Origin: Octopus vulgaris
Taxonomy: Eukaryota
DNA: 64,000 nt
Direction of reading: 5' to 3'
Assembly (NCBI GenBank): GCA_951406725.2
Contig: OX597835.1
Location: forward strand, 23,684,001-23,748,000
The notes under the pieces are model-generated. The model was not told the DNA's origin. It worked only from the letters and a program-made list of their open reading frames with translations, and searched no databases. Of this stretch, positions 1 to 14,299 are shown piece after piece (within the stretch, counting starts at the first letter, position 1; every line of letters begins with the position of its first letter). The position numbers and the translations under genes were made by a program.

Positions 1-49
1 GAAAGTGTATACGTGTACATTCATGTGTATGTATGTTTGCATGTATGTA

Positions 50-425
50 TGTTCCGAGTTGTTGGTCTCAACATTGCATGTAGACAGTTGAAATTTTGCA
101 TAGACGCACGTCTTATCAAAGTGGACATAGTGATTAATGTAGAGCTAAGGATGGAAGTGGTAATGCAAATAAAAGTGAAGAGGGGAGAGACAAGTCAGAT
201 AAGAATGTTTTAATGGAAGTGGCATGAGCCTGGCAAGCTCTGGGGTGTGGAGGCCATTGTAGTAACAGTAGAAAAGCTGGAGAGAAAGCGGAAACAGCGG
301 GACTGGAAGTTGGAGTGTGCTTGTGAGTGACATTATGCTAATCAGTTGAGCAACCTTTTTCTGGGTGTGGTCCAGTATGTCTGTGTTTACAGCAGCAACA
401 ACTCTGAACATGCAAGAGCAATAAT
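50..425 (-). mobile_element. Degenerate 3' end of a non-LTR retrotransposon (CR1/Jockey-group-like ORF2 C-terminus)
   Basis: Minus-strand LDHTQKKVAQLI...LSLQLFYCYYNGLHTPELARLMPLP resembles the post-RT C-terminal motif (LDRVQKKAxRLI...SLFYRYY...SELA). Confidence 0.6.
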
Positions 426-430
426 CCCTT

Positions 431-770
431 GTGAAGGCATACGGCTCAGTGGTTAGAGCGTCCAGCTTACAATCATGGGGTAATGAGTTCGATTCCCAGA
501 CCAGGCTGTGTATTGTGTTCTTGAGCAAGACATTTTATTCCACATTACTCCAGTTCACTCAGCTGTATAAATGAGTTTGAAGTCACTGATACCAGACTGT
601 ATCATCCTTTGCCTTTCCCTTGGATAACATTGGTGGTGTGGTCAAGGGAGGCTGGCATGCATGGGTGACTGCTGGTCTTCCATGAACAACCTTGCCCAGA
701 CTTGTGCCTTGGATGGCAACTTTCTAGGTGTAATCCCTTGGTCATTCATGACCAAAGGGGGTCTTTACCC
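431..770 (+). mobile_element. tRNA-derived SINE (family C head)
   Basis: A box ggctcagtggttagagc and B box gagttcgattccc, then gtgttcttgagcaagacat. Imperfect flanking repeat aatcccttgt/aattccttgt. Confidence 0.8.
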
Positions 771-3181
771 AATTCCTTGTAGGCCTGACAAGGCATTGGT
801 CAGCCTGAGATAATAGTTGAAGATACTTGCTCAAGTTGTTTCATTGTGGAATTGAACCTAAGACCACATAACTGAAGCAAACGTCTTAAACCTTACATCC
901 ATGCATGCACCTAGCATATACAACTGCATGTTGGTGGTGGTTTGTATCAGGGTGGCCAGATGACAGACACATTAGGATGCCAGACAAAATGCTTAGTGGC
1001 ATTTCTTCCAGCTCTTAATGTTCTGAGTTCAAATGCTGCCTAGGTCGACTTTGTCTTTATCCTCCTGGGAATCAATGAAATAAGTGCTAGTGAAGTACTG
1101 GGGGTTCAGTGAAATCAAACTCCACACCCACCACCTCTCATAAAATCCCAGGCCTTGTGCCTATATTAAGAAAGGATTATTTGTTCATATATCTGAAAGT
1201 TTTGTACATCAACTGTACACATTGGTGAGTTTGAAATGATATGGGGAACTGATCACCTAATCCTGATTGCTAATACAACAATCTAATAAAACAGACCCTG
1301 CACATTTTATACTCCAAATGTGTGTTGGTAATTTTGTAGTTTTTCATGGAAACACAAATAAATACTAATCATTGTCATCATCATCATCATCATCATGCTT
1401 TTGATTTTGTCATTTGTTAGACGTATAGACACTACAGTCCAAGACAGTTCTTGTTCAGAGCTCCTTGTTGGAAAAGCTATTAGGCAAATTTTATGATAAT
1501 TTTATGTTTTGATTGTACCTTTAGGAGTATTCTGTAGTTAAAATTGCTTGGAAATAACTTTAAAATGCTTATTTATTCACATTGTTTTGAATTATGCATT
1601 GTCTTTTAGCTTCAAGATTTCAATGATGATGTTTATTCTTAGAACTAGCTGACCTCATGCCATCAGAAATGATGGCTAATTGTAGTATTTTATATATAAA
1701 TAAGGTACAAAATAAGATACATATTAATCACAGATACAAGCATTCACATGCTTTCCTTGTACACCCACAAAGTTGAAACACTGTTTGATTTTTTTTTCCA
1801 CTGTAGAACTTCCATAATCCCACTACCAAGTTTGCCATCACCCCTTCGTTCCTTATTTATCTATCACCCCTTCCTTTCTCATTCATATGTTGTGACGGAG
1901 AAATACACAAGAGTATTATTATAGTAGGTAATTAAACTGGTGTGCTGTTGATCTGATCACCAGAACAGCTTGCTCGTGAAATTAACATGCCAGTGGCTGA
2001 GCAAACATGCATGTGGCTGAGCACTCTGTAAACTTGTGTACCCTTAATGTGGTCCCCAGGTAGATTAAGCATGATGCAGAATGTGACAATGCTGGCCCTT
2101 AAATTACAGATACAACTCATTTTTACCAGCTGAGCAACGGTGAAAGTCTCTTGCTCAACGGTACAATGCACCACCAGGAACCGAACTCCCAATCATATGA
2201 TTCTGAGCTGAATACCGTAACCACTATTCAGCTGTGAAGACAATAGTACACCCCAACACATAGTGGGCTTTCAGTTTCTGTCTATCAAATCCACTCACAT
2301 TGGAGGTGCATGGCATAGTGGTTAGGGCGTTGAGCTCGTGGTCATAAGATTATGGTTTCGATTCTGGACTGGGCAATGCATTGTGTTCTTGAGCAAGACA
2401 CTTTTAGAATGATATTCTTTTCTACTCTAGGCACAAAGCCCGAAATTTTTGGGGAGGTGGGGGTGGGGGCAGTCGATTAGATCTACCCCAGTACGCAACT
2501 GGGCTGCAGTTCAGTAATTGAAACAAATAAAAATAAATGCCACTGTAGCAGAATGTAAGCATTTACACTCACTTCGTCTCTTACACACACACACACACCC
2601 ACCCACCAACTAAATCTCATTCAAGTTTTGTAATACTATAGTTACTACAGTACTCTTACAAAGTCTGTACCTTGCTACTCTCAAAATTTATAATTTTGTT
2701 GTTTTTGAGATCACCAGCAGTATTTGTTGTATATATGTATATATTTACTTTTCTTTTCTATTCTGTTTTTTTTTATCTATTTTTCAATGCTAGCATGGCT
2801 TAGACAAATATATATATATATTATTGAGGCTGTTGTTTTAACAGCTGGATGCCCTTGATATCACCACCCATAGCTCAGTGGTTCAGCAGAGAAGCATGTA
2901 ATGTAAACATTTGTTCACACACACTCACACACACACATACACACGTTTGTATGTGTATTTACATATATCATCATCTCATCATTTAGTGTTCACTTTTCCA
3001 TGCTTGAAAGGACCAAACAAAATTAATGGAGGCAGATTTCTCTGCATCCAGATGCTCTTCCTGTTGCCAATGCTCACCTGTTTTCAAGTAAAGCAATATT
3101 CCCCATCACCAGACATATCTCCACAGCTGATTGGAAAACAAAGCACATCACTTGCTTGACAGTAACATAAGTTTCAACAAT

Positions 3182-3221
<40 letters not shown>

Positions 3222-3223
<2 letters not shown>

Positions 3224-3492
3224 TCATCATCATCATCGTTTAACGTCCGTTTTCCGTGCTAGCACGGGCTGGACGGTTCGACCGGGGTCTGGGAAGCCAG
3301 GAGGCTGCACCAGGCTCCAGTTGATCTGGCAGTGTTTCTACAGCTGGATGCCCTTCCTAACGCCAACCACTCCGTGAGTGTAGTGGGTGCTTTTTACATG
3401 TCACCGGCACAGGTGGCCAGGGGAGGCTGGCAGCGGCCACGTTTGGATGGTGCTTTTTACGTGCCACCGGCACAGAAGCCAGTCAAGGCGGC
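3222..3492 (-). mobile_element. 5'-truncated RTE LINE 3' UTR with (GAT)n tail
   Basis: Same sequence as the 3' end of the RTE copy at 37425-38077, with (CAT)n on the + strand. Confidence 0.85.
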
Positions 3493-3614
3493 ATATATAT
3501 ATATATGGAAAGCGGACATTAAACGAAGCGATGATATATGTGTGTTTGCATGTGTGTGTGTATATATGTTTGTATGTGTATATATATGCACACGTGTGTG
3601 TGTGTGTGTGTATG

Positions 3615-3651
<37 letters not shown>

Positions 3652-4386
3652 GCATGTGTGTGTCATTGTTTAATGTTTGCTTTCCATACTGGCATGACAG
3701 ATCTTGGTGCAGCCTTGCAGTTTATCAGCTCCTGTCAAACTATCCAACCCATGCCAGCATAGAAAGCAGACAGTAAATATGATGACAGTTCAAGAAAAGA
3801 ATTAGAAGACAGTAAAACCGTATTGAAATAGGAGAAGCATTTAATAGATCAAAATACACATCAGTTTTTAACTGTATTTTTATTTTTATGTACATTATAT
3901 ACAACAAAACATAGACAGGTGATCTTGACAATTAAACAATGTCTCTCTGTACAAATATTTTTAGTGAATTCAACATTTTCATAATTGGAATACCTGTGAG
4001 ATCCTCTTGTATATGTTCTTTGTTCATGCCAAACTGTTTGATAATAATTCGTTTTTTTTTCAATGGCTCTAAGAAAATAATCATTCAAATGTTTTTCTAA
4101 AATGACTGAGTGGAGGAAACCTGTGGACAATACTTGGGAGTCATTTCAGTTACTTGTGTATTCATCATCATCAACTAACGTCCATTGTCCATGCTGGCAT
4201 GGGTTGGACTGTTTGACGTGGAACTGGTTTGCAGGGAGTTGTTCAGACTCCAAGTGTCTTTTGTGTCATGGTTTCTATGGCTGGATACCCTTCCTAATGC
4301 CAACCACAGTGTTCCAGGTGTTTTTACATGTCACTGGTATGGGTGTGTTTATGCAGCACTGGTATGGATATGTTTGCGTGTGTGTG

Positions 4387-4600
4387 AAAAACCTGGCTGA
4401 TGACAGTCAAGGCTGATCTGGAACCCAACCTAGGCCCCCCATATCTATGGCGTTTGCCGCTTGTATAAGGAGTGGTTGGAGATCATGCGGTCGTTAGCCT
4501 CAAATCGCCAGGCCTGGTCGGCGTTTGTGAGAGATGCAGCACTGAGAATGAATGAAGCCAGCTCCCCACCCCCCTGGGTGAATGCTGTAAGAAGAAGAAG
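4387..4600 (+). mobile_element. 3' end of a second RTE-clade LINE family
   Basis: KTWLMTVKADLEPNLGP(frameshift)HIYGVCRLYKEWLEIMRSLASNRQAWSAFVRDA is an RTE-type C-terminus (KTW..DL...A.NR.AW...VRD). Ends in an (AGA)n tail. Confidence 0.7.
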
Positions 4601-4618
4601 TGCACGCATGTATTTGCA

Positions 4619-4674
<56 letters not shown>

Positions 4675-4767
4675 TGCATGTGTGTGTATATATGTATATT
4701 TGTGTATGTTTATAGATATATGTTTGTGTGTGTGTGTTTGCATGTGTATGTGAATATATATATATAT

Positions 4768-6033
4768 AGGTTGTCCTGGAAGTTCTGAGTGTTTTTTAAT
4801 ACCCAAAAAGAGATTTAAGTAATTGACCTTTCAATAAATTTCATTCAATGAAATAATCCCCATTATTATCTATGACCTTTGCCCATCTATCAATCAATTT
4901 AAATGTACTGTCAGCATAAAATTTGACCAGTTTTGAAGAAAAAAAGTTATCTAGATGCATTTTGACTCCATCTAAATCATTAAATGTTTTTCCTTGCAAT
5001 AAGTCCTGTAGAGACAAATACAGGTGATAGTTGGATGGCACAATATCAGGAGAATATGGTGGAAGAGATCCCAGCCAAGTTCATGTAACTTTGTTTGGGT
5101 AGCCAAAGACACGTGGTCAGGCAGTGTCTTGTTGGAACACTTCCCCTTTCCTGTTGGCAATCTCCAGCCTCAGTTCTTTGACCTTTTGGTTCAAATTAGC
5201 CAGCTGACAACAGTACACATCAGAATTAAGGGTCTGGTTTTGTGGGAGAAGCACATAATAAATATAATGCCTTTATGATCTCACCAAACACAAAGCATAG
5301 TTTTTTTTGGCATGGATATTCATCTTTGGTTGCTGTTTTGGAGCATCCTTATGCAAGCTCCAGGATCTCTTTTACCCTACGTTTTCGCACACAATCCATT
5401 TTTCATCTCCAGTCACAAGCTGTTTCAAAAAAGGCATGCTTTCATTCTGTTTCAACAGCATATCACAAATGGAATACCGGTCTAAGCAATTCTTTTCTGA
5501 GAGTTTGTGAGGGACCCATACATTATTGTGAGAAATGTATCCTAGCTTCACTAGGTGTTCATGAGCCATACTTTTAGAAACTTCCAACTCCCCTGCAAGT
5601 CCTCTATTCGTGATGTTTGGGTTTTCTTCAGTTTTTCCCTTTGAAACATCTCCATCCAATTTTGAAGGTCTTCCACTTTGACTGTCATCTTCCAAGCTAA
5701 ACTCTCCATCTTCAAATTTTGCAAACCAAATTCGAACAGTTGATTCACCTACAGTATCATCATCACCATAAACTTCACAAATGTTTTTGCAAGTCTTTGC
5801 AGCATTTTCTCCTTTAAAAAAGAAAAGCAAATATGAAATTTTTGGTTATCCATTTCAAATGTCAATAAGGGGAAACCGGAATGAAAGATAAATCCATTTT
5901 TAGTCAGGAACAAAGAAGAGATGCTCTACCAATTCAAACAACACTGAAGTTTTAACTGTGTTACGTTTCAGGTGTGTTCAATGAAGCGTTAAATGATTTA
6001 GCTTAAAAACGCTCAGCGCTTTCTGGACAACCT
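4768..6033 (-). mobile_element. Full-length degenerate mariner (DD34D) transposon, ~1.27 kb, with pseudogenised transposase (~5853 to 4841)
   Basis: Imperfect ~30 bp TIRs (aggttgtcctggaagttctgagtg / cgctcagcgctttctggacaacct). Transposase motifs WVPHKL, LVTGDEKWI, YSPDIVPSNYHL and RWAKVIDNNGDYF are spread over several frames. Confidence 0.93.
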
Positions 6034-6195
6034 TGTGTGTGTGTGTGTATAAAATATATACATACATGTTTGTATGTATGTATGTGAGTACGTGTGTGTA
6101 CACACTCATGAGAGTGAAACAGAAAGTAATGCAGTTTTTATTTGCAATACTTTCTAACTCACCCTTGTATGTGTACACACATACACACACACATG

Positions 6196-6238
<43 letters not shown>

Positions 6239-6534
6239 TCTATACATATATATGTATTTGTGTGTATTTCTATCTACCAAATTCATTCAAAAGTCATTGT
6301 TGAATTTGGTGCTGTTGTAGAAGAAACTTGTCCAAGGTGGCACACAGTGGGACCGAACCACTGCACATGGTTGCCAAGCAGACTTTTTATTCACACAACC
6401 ATCATCATATTATAAATGATAGGGTCTCTTAAACTTTTGCTCTTTTTACTGGAGGAAGGTAAACATAGCCAAGCAGAATAGCAGTTTTGCATGTGTGTTT
6501 GGATGGTGATTGTGTTACTAGGGTGAAGACATAT

Positions 6535-6591
<57 letters not shown>

Positions 6592-7335
6592 ACTTGCAAA
6601 GCAAAGATTATGCAGAGTTGAAGTAGCTGAAGTATGGTTGTCTGAAGAGTGGAAAAAATATAGATTGTTCGTTGGTCAGCCCAGTACTGGCTTTATACAT
6701 ATATATATATATATATATATACCTGTATGTTTGACCTCTTGTGAATTTCTCTCACTTGACCTTTCGAACATTATATCTGTAATGTCATCCACTTTGCCTT
6801 AAGTAGAAATCTGTTGAATCAATATTAAGCAAAATGATTTTTTTTTTTGTTTTTTTTTGTTTTTTTTCTCTGGTGGAATTTCCTACTGGTCGAAATGTTT
6901 AGTGGCATTTGTTCCAGTTCTTTGTGTACCAATTTGAAACCGTACTGAGGTCAACTTTACCTTTCATTCTTTTGAGGCCCGATAAAATAAGTACCAGTTA
7001 CACAATGGGGTTGATGTCATCGACTACCCCCTTTCCAGAAATTGCTGGCCTTGTGCCAAAATTTTGAACTCCTCATTATTATTGAAGGCATTGCCACGCT
7101 GGTGGAGTCGTTGCCATGCTGGGGAAAATGCTTAGTGTCATTTCTTATGAATTTATGTTCTGAGTTCAAATACTTCCAGGGTTAACTTTACCTTTCATCC
7201 TTTCAGGGTCGATAAAACAAGTACCAATTGAGCACTGGGGTTAATGTAATTGACTTACTCTCCCCACCAAAATTACTGGCCTTGTGCCAAAATTTGAAAC
7301 CATTATTATTATTGTTATTGTTATTATTATTATTA

Positions 7336-7699
7336 TTACCTCCACCTTAGTGAAAGTGGAGGTATTGTTTTCAGTTGTGTTTGTTTGTTTGTCAGTGGAT
7401 AAGATATCTCAAGAACTGTTGGATAGATTCAAATGAAACTTTCAGGGATATTTAGCCTTGTGGATGATATGTACTGATTAGATTTTGGGATCAATCTGGT
7501 ACTGGACAAGGATTTTGGGTTAGTTTTGCTGTTCTTTTATTTAATTTTTGAGAGCGGTCAGGTTCATTTTGAGTATTCTCATTTGTTAGAGCAGTCAAGT
7601 TTATTTCAGATATTCACATTTAAAAAATCATCTCTGGCTAATCGTTGAGAGGACATTGGTGTTGCCTTGGTGTAAGTTTGCACTCTCTGTGTGCTCTTA

Positions 7700-7700
<1 letters not shown>
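7336..7700 (+). mobile_element. Non-autonomous Helentron-type element (HINE/DINE-1-like)
   Basis: 5' acctccacctt...gtggaggt sub-terminal palindrome, (TTTG)n tract, and 3' ccttggtgtaag followed by the stem-loop gcactctctgtgtgc. Inserted in a T-rich site. Confidence 0.7.
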
Positions 7701-7746
<46 letters not shown>

Positions 7747-8641
7747 GGCAGAATCGTTACCATGCTAGACAAGTGCTTAGTGACATTTTGGAGTCTTTAT
7801 GTTGCTGAGGTTTGCTTTGCCTTTCATCCTTTCAGGGTTCATGAATTAAGTACCAGTCGAGCACTGGGGTCAATGTATTTGACTTGCCTCCTCCCCTCAA
7901 ATTTCAGGCCTTGTGCCTATGGTGGACAATCTGTACTCGTGATCACAAGATTGTGGTTTCAATTCCTTCATCTCACATTGCTCTGCAATCACTTTGATTT
8001 CCACCGCCACTTGACAGCTGCTGTTGGTTTGTTTGCGCTCCCTTAGTCTAGCAGTATGGTAAAGGACATCAATGGAATAAGTTCCAAACTTGCAAAAAAA
8101 TATATATTTGTTTGGGTAAATTTCTTCAAGGCAATGCTCCCCCCCCCCCCCCCCCCCGCCGGCGTGGCTGCAGGCCAATGCTTGAAACGCATAAAAGGGT
8201 GGATAAAAGAAGGCATAAAAGACGATAACAGCAATAGCAATAGCAATTGTCTTTGCCAAGTGATACAGCTGTGCTGTGGTTTGTAAGGTCACTAGGTTCC
8301 TTTCGTATTTGTTGATTGTTTAGCTTGACATGGCTTGTGTAAACAGAGAGAGAGAGAGAGAGAGAGAGGGGGGCAGATAATAATGATTATGATGATGATG
8401 ATGATAATAATGATAATAGTAATAGTAATAATGATTACATGAAATGTATTGATTGGGATGGACAGGAAATTGTTCTACTGAATGGAACTCTGCTAATGCC
8501 TAATTCGTGTAGGGTGTTGTTGTTGTTGTTGTTGTAATTAGGCTTTTGTTTAATTTCTGCTTTCATCTCCTGTCGGATTAGGCTAGGTGATTGGCGGAGT
8601 AATATAGCACTGCTGCTGCTTTTGCTGCTGTTGTGACAACA

Positions 8642-8711
<70 letters not shown>

Positions 8712-8725
8712 TTACTACTACTATG

Positions 8726-8795
<70 letters not shown>

Positions 8796-8815
8796 TTACT
8801 ACTACTACTACTGCC
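8642..8815. repeat. (ACT)n trinucleotide microsatellite
   Basis: More than 50 ACT units; source of the poly-T and poly-V ORFs. Confidence 0.97.
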
Positions 8816-9461
8816 ACCACCACCACCAGTAAATCACTGTTGTGGCTGTTGAGGGCAGTGGATGGCCGATTCAGTAGAGTTGCAGACGAAGTGTGTCGTG
8901 GTGGTGGAAGTGGTTGTGGTGGATTTTATTAGACCTCACAGATTGATTTAGTCTTTCATCTTAGGGAGGACTGGGGATCAATAAAGCATCCATCAGATGT
9001 GTTATTGATGTCAATTCCTTCGGTTGTACCCTCTCTGCTCCCTCCTCCCTTCAAATCGGTGGCATTGTGCTTGAGGTTATGAATCCCTCTGGGTCAACCT
9101 ATAAATATTATACCAGCTGTATGTTGGTGCCAACATAATCAATTGTATTCATGCACACATGTGGCTTTGTGGTAAGAAGTTTGCCTCCAACCACATGGTC
9201 TTGCTTTCAGTCCCAGGTAGGTATCTTCTATAGGCAAATCCATGAACAAAAATAAAAAGAGGGAAACATTAAGTGGACCTATCATCATTTAACATCCATC
9301 CTGATCCCAGTGCTCATTGATCCAGACCTCGAAATGATAAAAGGGAAAGTTGACCTCGGTGGAATTTGAACTCAGAATATAAAGATAGATGAAATGCTGC
9401 TTAAGCATTTTGCCCAGTGCGTTAATGATCCTGGCAAGCTTTCTGCCTTAAGGGCATAACT

Positions 9462-9787
9462 GTGAGGGCGCGTGGCTTAGTGGTTAGGGCATTCGGCTCA
9501 TGATCGTAAGGTTGTGAGTTCGATTCCCGGCGACGCGTTGTGTCCTTGAGCAAGACACTTTATTTCACGTTGCTCCAGTCCACTCAGCTGGCAAAAATGA
9601 GTTGTACTTGTATTTCAAAGGGTCAGCCTTGTCACTCTCTGTGTCACGCTGATTATCCCCGAGAACTACGTTAAGGGTACGCGTGTCTGTGGAATGCTCA
9701 GCCATTTGCACATTAATTTCACGAGCAAGCTGTTCCGTTGATCGTATCAGCTGGGACCCTCGTCGTCGTAACCGGCGGAGTCTTTAG
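9462..9787 (+). mobile_element. Young full-length tRNA-derived SINE (family C)
   Basis: A box tggcttagtggttagggc, B box gagttcgattccc, CpG-rich. 12-bp TSD aagggcataact (9450-9461 / 9788-9799). Confidence 0.92.
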
Positions 9788-10322
9788 AAGGGCATAACTA
9801 TTTAGCATGAGAAAATTAATCCAGTGCTCCACAGCTTTTAATGCACCAAAAATTTATGTTGAAGTCGTTCAGTGTTCTTGATATTTTGTTGTATCTTGGG
9901 AGGGTCATTAAACCAGTGATAAACACATGCACTGCTTGTATTTCACTTCTTTATTATTCATTAATTGGTTAACTATTTAACCAATTAACTAATCAGTTAT
10001 TTGATTAATCATTTTGGCACTCAATTTATTAGTTATGTTTGCTTAAATCCTTTTGTTGTCATTCTCCCCCTCCTCCCAAATTTCAGGTCTTATACCTAAT
10101 GATAATAATAATAATAATAATTTTGAGGGAGGATGAGTCGATTACATTAACCCCAGTGTTTCACTGGTACTTTATCGACCCTGAAAGGATGAAAGTCAAA
10201 GTTGACCTTGACGGAATTTGAACTCAGAATGTAGTGATGGGTGAAATACTGCTTAGCATTTCATCCAGCGCGCTAATGTTTCTGCCAGCTCACTGCTTTA
10301 AATAATAATAATAATTACCATT

Positions 10323-10363
<41 letters not shown>

Positions 10364-11936
10364 ATAATAATAATAACCCATTCTATTAATAGGCACAAGG
10401 CCTGAAATCTGGGAGAGGGGATAATCGATTACATTGACCCTAGTACACAACTGGTACCTATGTTATTGACCTCAGTGGAATTTGAACTCGGACTGTAAAG
10501 ATAGATGAAATGTCGCTAAGCATTTTGCCCGGCACTGTAACAATTCTGATAGCTCTCCACCTTAATAATAATAATAATAATAATAATTACTATTTACTCC
10601 TCCTCCTACTGCTAATGCTAATGATTATAATCACTGGCCAGGTTGTAGCTGTACAATGAAAGATGTTGGTATGTAGTACTCTTGACAAAATGTCTATGTT
10701 TTAAATACCTCTTAAGATTCTACTCGTGTACAATTGTTTTAGTTGCAGCACAAATGATGTCAGATTGTAAAATGCCTTGTCAAACGGATACAGCTTGCGA
10801 ATGTTTGCAAATGCTGGCAGTGTAAGTTGCAGAAGCAGTGTTGGGTTAAGCAGATCTCAGTAGGTTTGTACACCAATTGGAAACAAAGTTAACCCTTGTA
10901 TAAAATGTGTCATTTGTCTGCAATTTTCTGAGATACACGTCTGGCCATTGAGCTGTTTTGTTTGAAAGAATTGGAGGAGTATTATTTTGCTTAGAAACAG
11001 GTGAGAATTGGCAACAGGAAGAGCGTCTGGCCATAGAATATCTGCTTTAACGAGTGACTTGTGACTCTTGCAAGCATGGAGAAGAAACATTAAAATGGTG
11101 CTGCTGCTGCTTATATTCTTCTTTGTTCTGAGTTCAAATCTTGCTAACATTGAGTGTTTTTTTTATTCTTTTGGGGTTAACATTGGCACAAATGTGATGA
11201 CATTTCATGTGACCCATGCAAGCATGAAAAATTAAGATGGTGCTGTTGATAATATTTGGTCTTGTTCTTTATTCTGAGTTCAAATCTTGTGTGGGTTGAA
11301 TGTGCCGTTTGTTAACATGGGCACTGGCTTCATGACAGTGGTTAAAAATTTCTCTTTGCAAAAATGTAACTTCTGATCTGATTCCATTGCTCAGCACCTT
11401 TAATAAGCAAGTGTCTTCTATAATGTCCTTGGGTCAACCAAAACCTTGTACATGATAGTTGTATGAAAAAAAATGCTGTTTGAGGGAATATTTCTGTTAG
11501 ATGTTAAGATAATTTTCTTGCCTATTTTAATGCCATTGCTTGGTCATTGGGTGCTTACAGTGTTGCAAGCATTCAGACCATCTGTTTGGTGTAACAGTAC
11601 CACATTGTCTTTGAGTGCTTATAACAAAAACTACTTCGTTGCAAAAGTTTCAGGCCTTGTGCTTATATTAGAAATAATTATTGGTACAAGTGCTGTCGTT
11701 TTATTCCTGGAATAAAACAACAAAAGGGAAAGCAGACATTAAATGATGATGGTGGTGGTGGTGGTGGTGGTGATGATGCAAGAAAAAGCTAAAAGAAAGT
11801 AAAATGGTATTGAAATAAAAGTAGCATTTAATAGATCAAAATATATGTCAGTCTTTAACTGTTTTTTAATTTTTGTATACAAAAAAAACAAAACACAGAC
11901 AGGAAATTTTGACAATTAAACAGTGTCTGTCTATAC

Positions 11937-12360
11937 CAGTGGTTTCCAACCTGGAGTTTTCAGGCCCCTGGTGGTTTGCAAAGGTAGTACTGGGGGTCCA
12001 TGAATAAAATTCAAAATGTCATACATAGATATATATATACTGTTACTGTTTTTCTCTTGCTCAGAAATTTAACACGTTTTTCTCGATATGAGATCAGTGA
12101 CTGTGTGTCGCTTAAAGAATATATAATATTTGTGAGTGGAGATAGCTTTTGTCACTAGCTGGTGAGTGTCTCACACTGAGGATGGATAACATTCAGAAAC
12201 CTAGGTCTGTGAGTATCACATAAGGCTAGAGATGGGACCGATGACCTCCTTTGCAAATGCTATATACAGACACAGACTGTGTTGTTAGCCAGCTGGAAAA
12301 GATGTTTACCTGGGGCTAAAACAGTAACATCGTCCTTTACAGGACTGCCATGTTATGTTG
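11937..12360 (+). mobile_element. hAT (Charlie-like) element fragment, left end
   Basis: Begins cagtggtttccaacct, the same TIR type as 52794-53140. Right end not seen. Confidence 0.5.
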
Positions 12361-12365
12361 GCAGC

Positions 12366-12417
<52 letters not shown>

Positions 12418-12419
<2 letters not shown>

Positions 12420-12930
12420 CTGTAAATCCTCGAGTATAATCCACATTTTTTTCCCAAAGTTTAAAGGTCAAAATCCCTAGTGCGTACTATATACGAGGTT
12501 AGAAATGAAAATTATTTTCTAAGCAATGTCCGAGTCTCTATTTGCTGTCTGGTTATGTTTATTCAGACGCATTTAGTGATGTCAGACACAAAAATATCTT
12601 AAGCTAAGCCTGAAAGCAATGAAGTCATAAAAGAATCATTCATAACTTGCAGTAAGCAACATTTATTAAACGTTATTACTGTTATTTCTTTATTTTCTGC
12701 AAACAAAATGCACAAAAACAGCTGCACGTTTGCATTATGTTATATATACAATAATAATAAAGGGCATTACCGTATACAGTTTTACAAATCAAGGGCGTTA
12801 TATAGACCTCCTTGACTCAAGTTAGAGATGGGGTGCGTATTATACACAAGGTTTAGGTTTTTCAGAGATACAGCCCCCTAAAAATCCCCTGCGTATTATA
12901 TTCAAGGGTGGACTATACTCGAGGATTTAT
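12418..12930. mobile_element. Tc1/mariner-pogo-type MITE
   Basis: TIRs taaatcctcgagtataatccac / gtggactatactcgaggattta. Inserted next to a (TA)n run. Confidence 0.8.
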
Positions 12931-13535
12931 TGAGTGCATGTCCAACACATCTTCTTGATCATCTCTCTCTTTTTTCAACTGAGGGAGCCATGTATCCTGC
13001 CTACATCAAGACACCCGTTTCTGCCCCTCTATTATATTCCATTCTCTCATCACCTGGCACAAAACCACCCCACTTAATACTCTTCCCTTGCTGAGTTGAA
13101 GGACCTTCTCTTGCAGACCTTGCTGGTGCCAGTGCCCTGTAAAAAGCACCCTGTACATCTTGTATAGTCGTTGGCTTCAAGAAGAGCATCCAGCCATAGA
13201 AACCATGCCCAGACAGACAGACAGCTTGGCACTGTTTTCTGGCTTATCAGCTCCTGTCAGACTGTCCAACCCATGCCAGCATAGAAAGCGGACATTAAAT
13301 GATGACGGTTCAAGAAAAGAATTAGAAGACAGTAAAACAGTATTGAAATAGGAGAAGCATTTAATAGATCAAAATACACGTCAGTTTCTAACTGTATTTT
13401 TATTTTTATGTACATTATATACAACAAAACATAGACAGGAGATCTTGACAATCAAACAATGTCTCTCTGTACAATATTTTTAGTGAATTCAACATTTTCA
13501 TAATTGGAATACCTGTGAGATCCTCTTGTACATGT

Positions 13536-13751
13536 TAATATAATGAAATTATTGTATACAGTGCTCAGGTGCACCACAACTTGTCAGAAAGTGCATATTA
13601 AGTACATGCAGTAATGTAGAAATGTCTGGAAAGCGAACAATGTATGAGTCAGATACATGCTTGTGTGTGTATGGAGGGGGGAAAATCAAGTGTAGTGTTG
13701 GCGAATCTCAGGAAGCATGGAAGTTTTGAAGGATGCAGTGCTCCGACAGTG
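13536..13751 (-). mobile_element. 3' end fragment of a CR1-like LINE
   Basis: Minus strand ends ...CRSTASFKTSMLPEIRQHYT* plus a UTR. Absent from the paralogous segment at ~4010, so it is an insertion. Confidence 0.6.
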
Positions 13752-13804
13752 CTTCTTCATTCATGCCAAACTGTTTGATAATGATTTGTTTTTTATAAAT
13801 AAAT

Positions 13805-14299
13805 ATCAATGGAAATTGTAGTTACGATACCTGTGCAGGTGGCACATAAAAAGCACCATCCTAACGTGGCCGATGCCAGTGCTGCCTTGACTGGCCTCTG
13901 TGCCGGTGGCACATGACCTGCTGTGCTTGAGACCTATTGAATCAAGTACATCAACATCAAAATGAATATCAAATGGAAATAGTAGTTGTGATACCTGTGC
14001 CAGTGGCACGTAAAAAGCACCATCTGAACATGGCCGATGCCAGTGCCGCCTTGACTGACTTCTGTGCCGGTGGCACGTAAAAAGCACCAACCGATCGTGG
14101 CCGCTGCCAGCTTCCCGTGGCACGTAAAAAGCACCCACTACACTCATGGAGTGGTTGGCGTAGGAAGGGCATCCAGCTGTAGAAACACTGCCAGATCAGA
14201 CTGGAGCCTGGTGCAGCCTCCTGGCTTCCCAGACCCTTGTTGAACCGTCCAACCCATGCTAGCACGGAAAACGGATGTTAAACGATGATGATGATGATG
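13805..14299 (+). mobile_element. RTE LINE 3' UTR with internal ~55-60 bp repeats
   Basis: Repeated gtgccggtggcacgtaaaaagcacc units, then ggaagggcatccagctgtagaaa and a (GAT)n tail. Confidence 0.88.

Noticed and set aside
9462-9535. Possible genuine tRNA genes (also 431-505, 34785-34857, 38090-38151)
   Set aside because: A/B boxes are present, but the acceptor stems do not close and each continues into a SINE body, mostly with TSDs.
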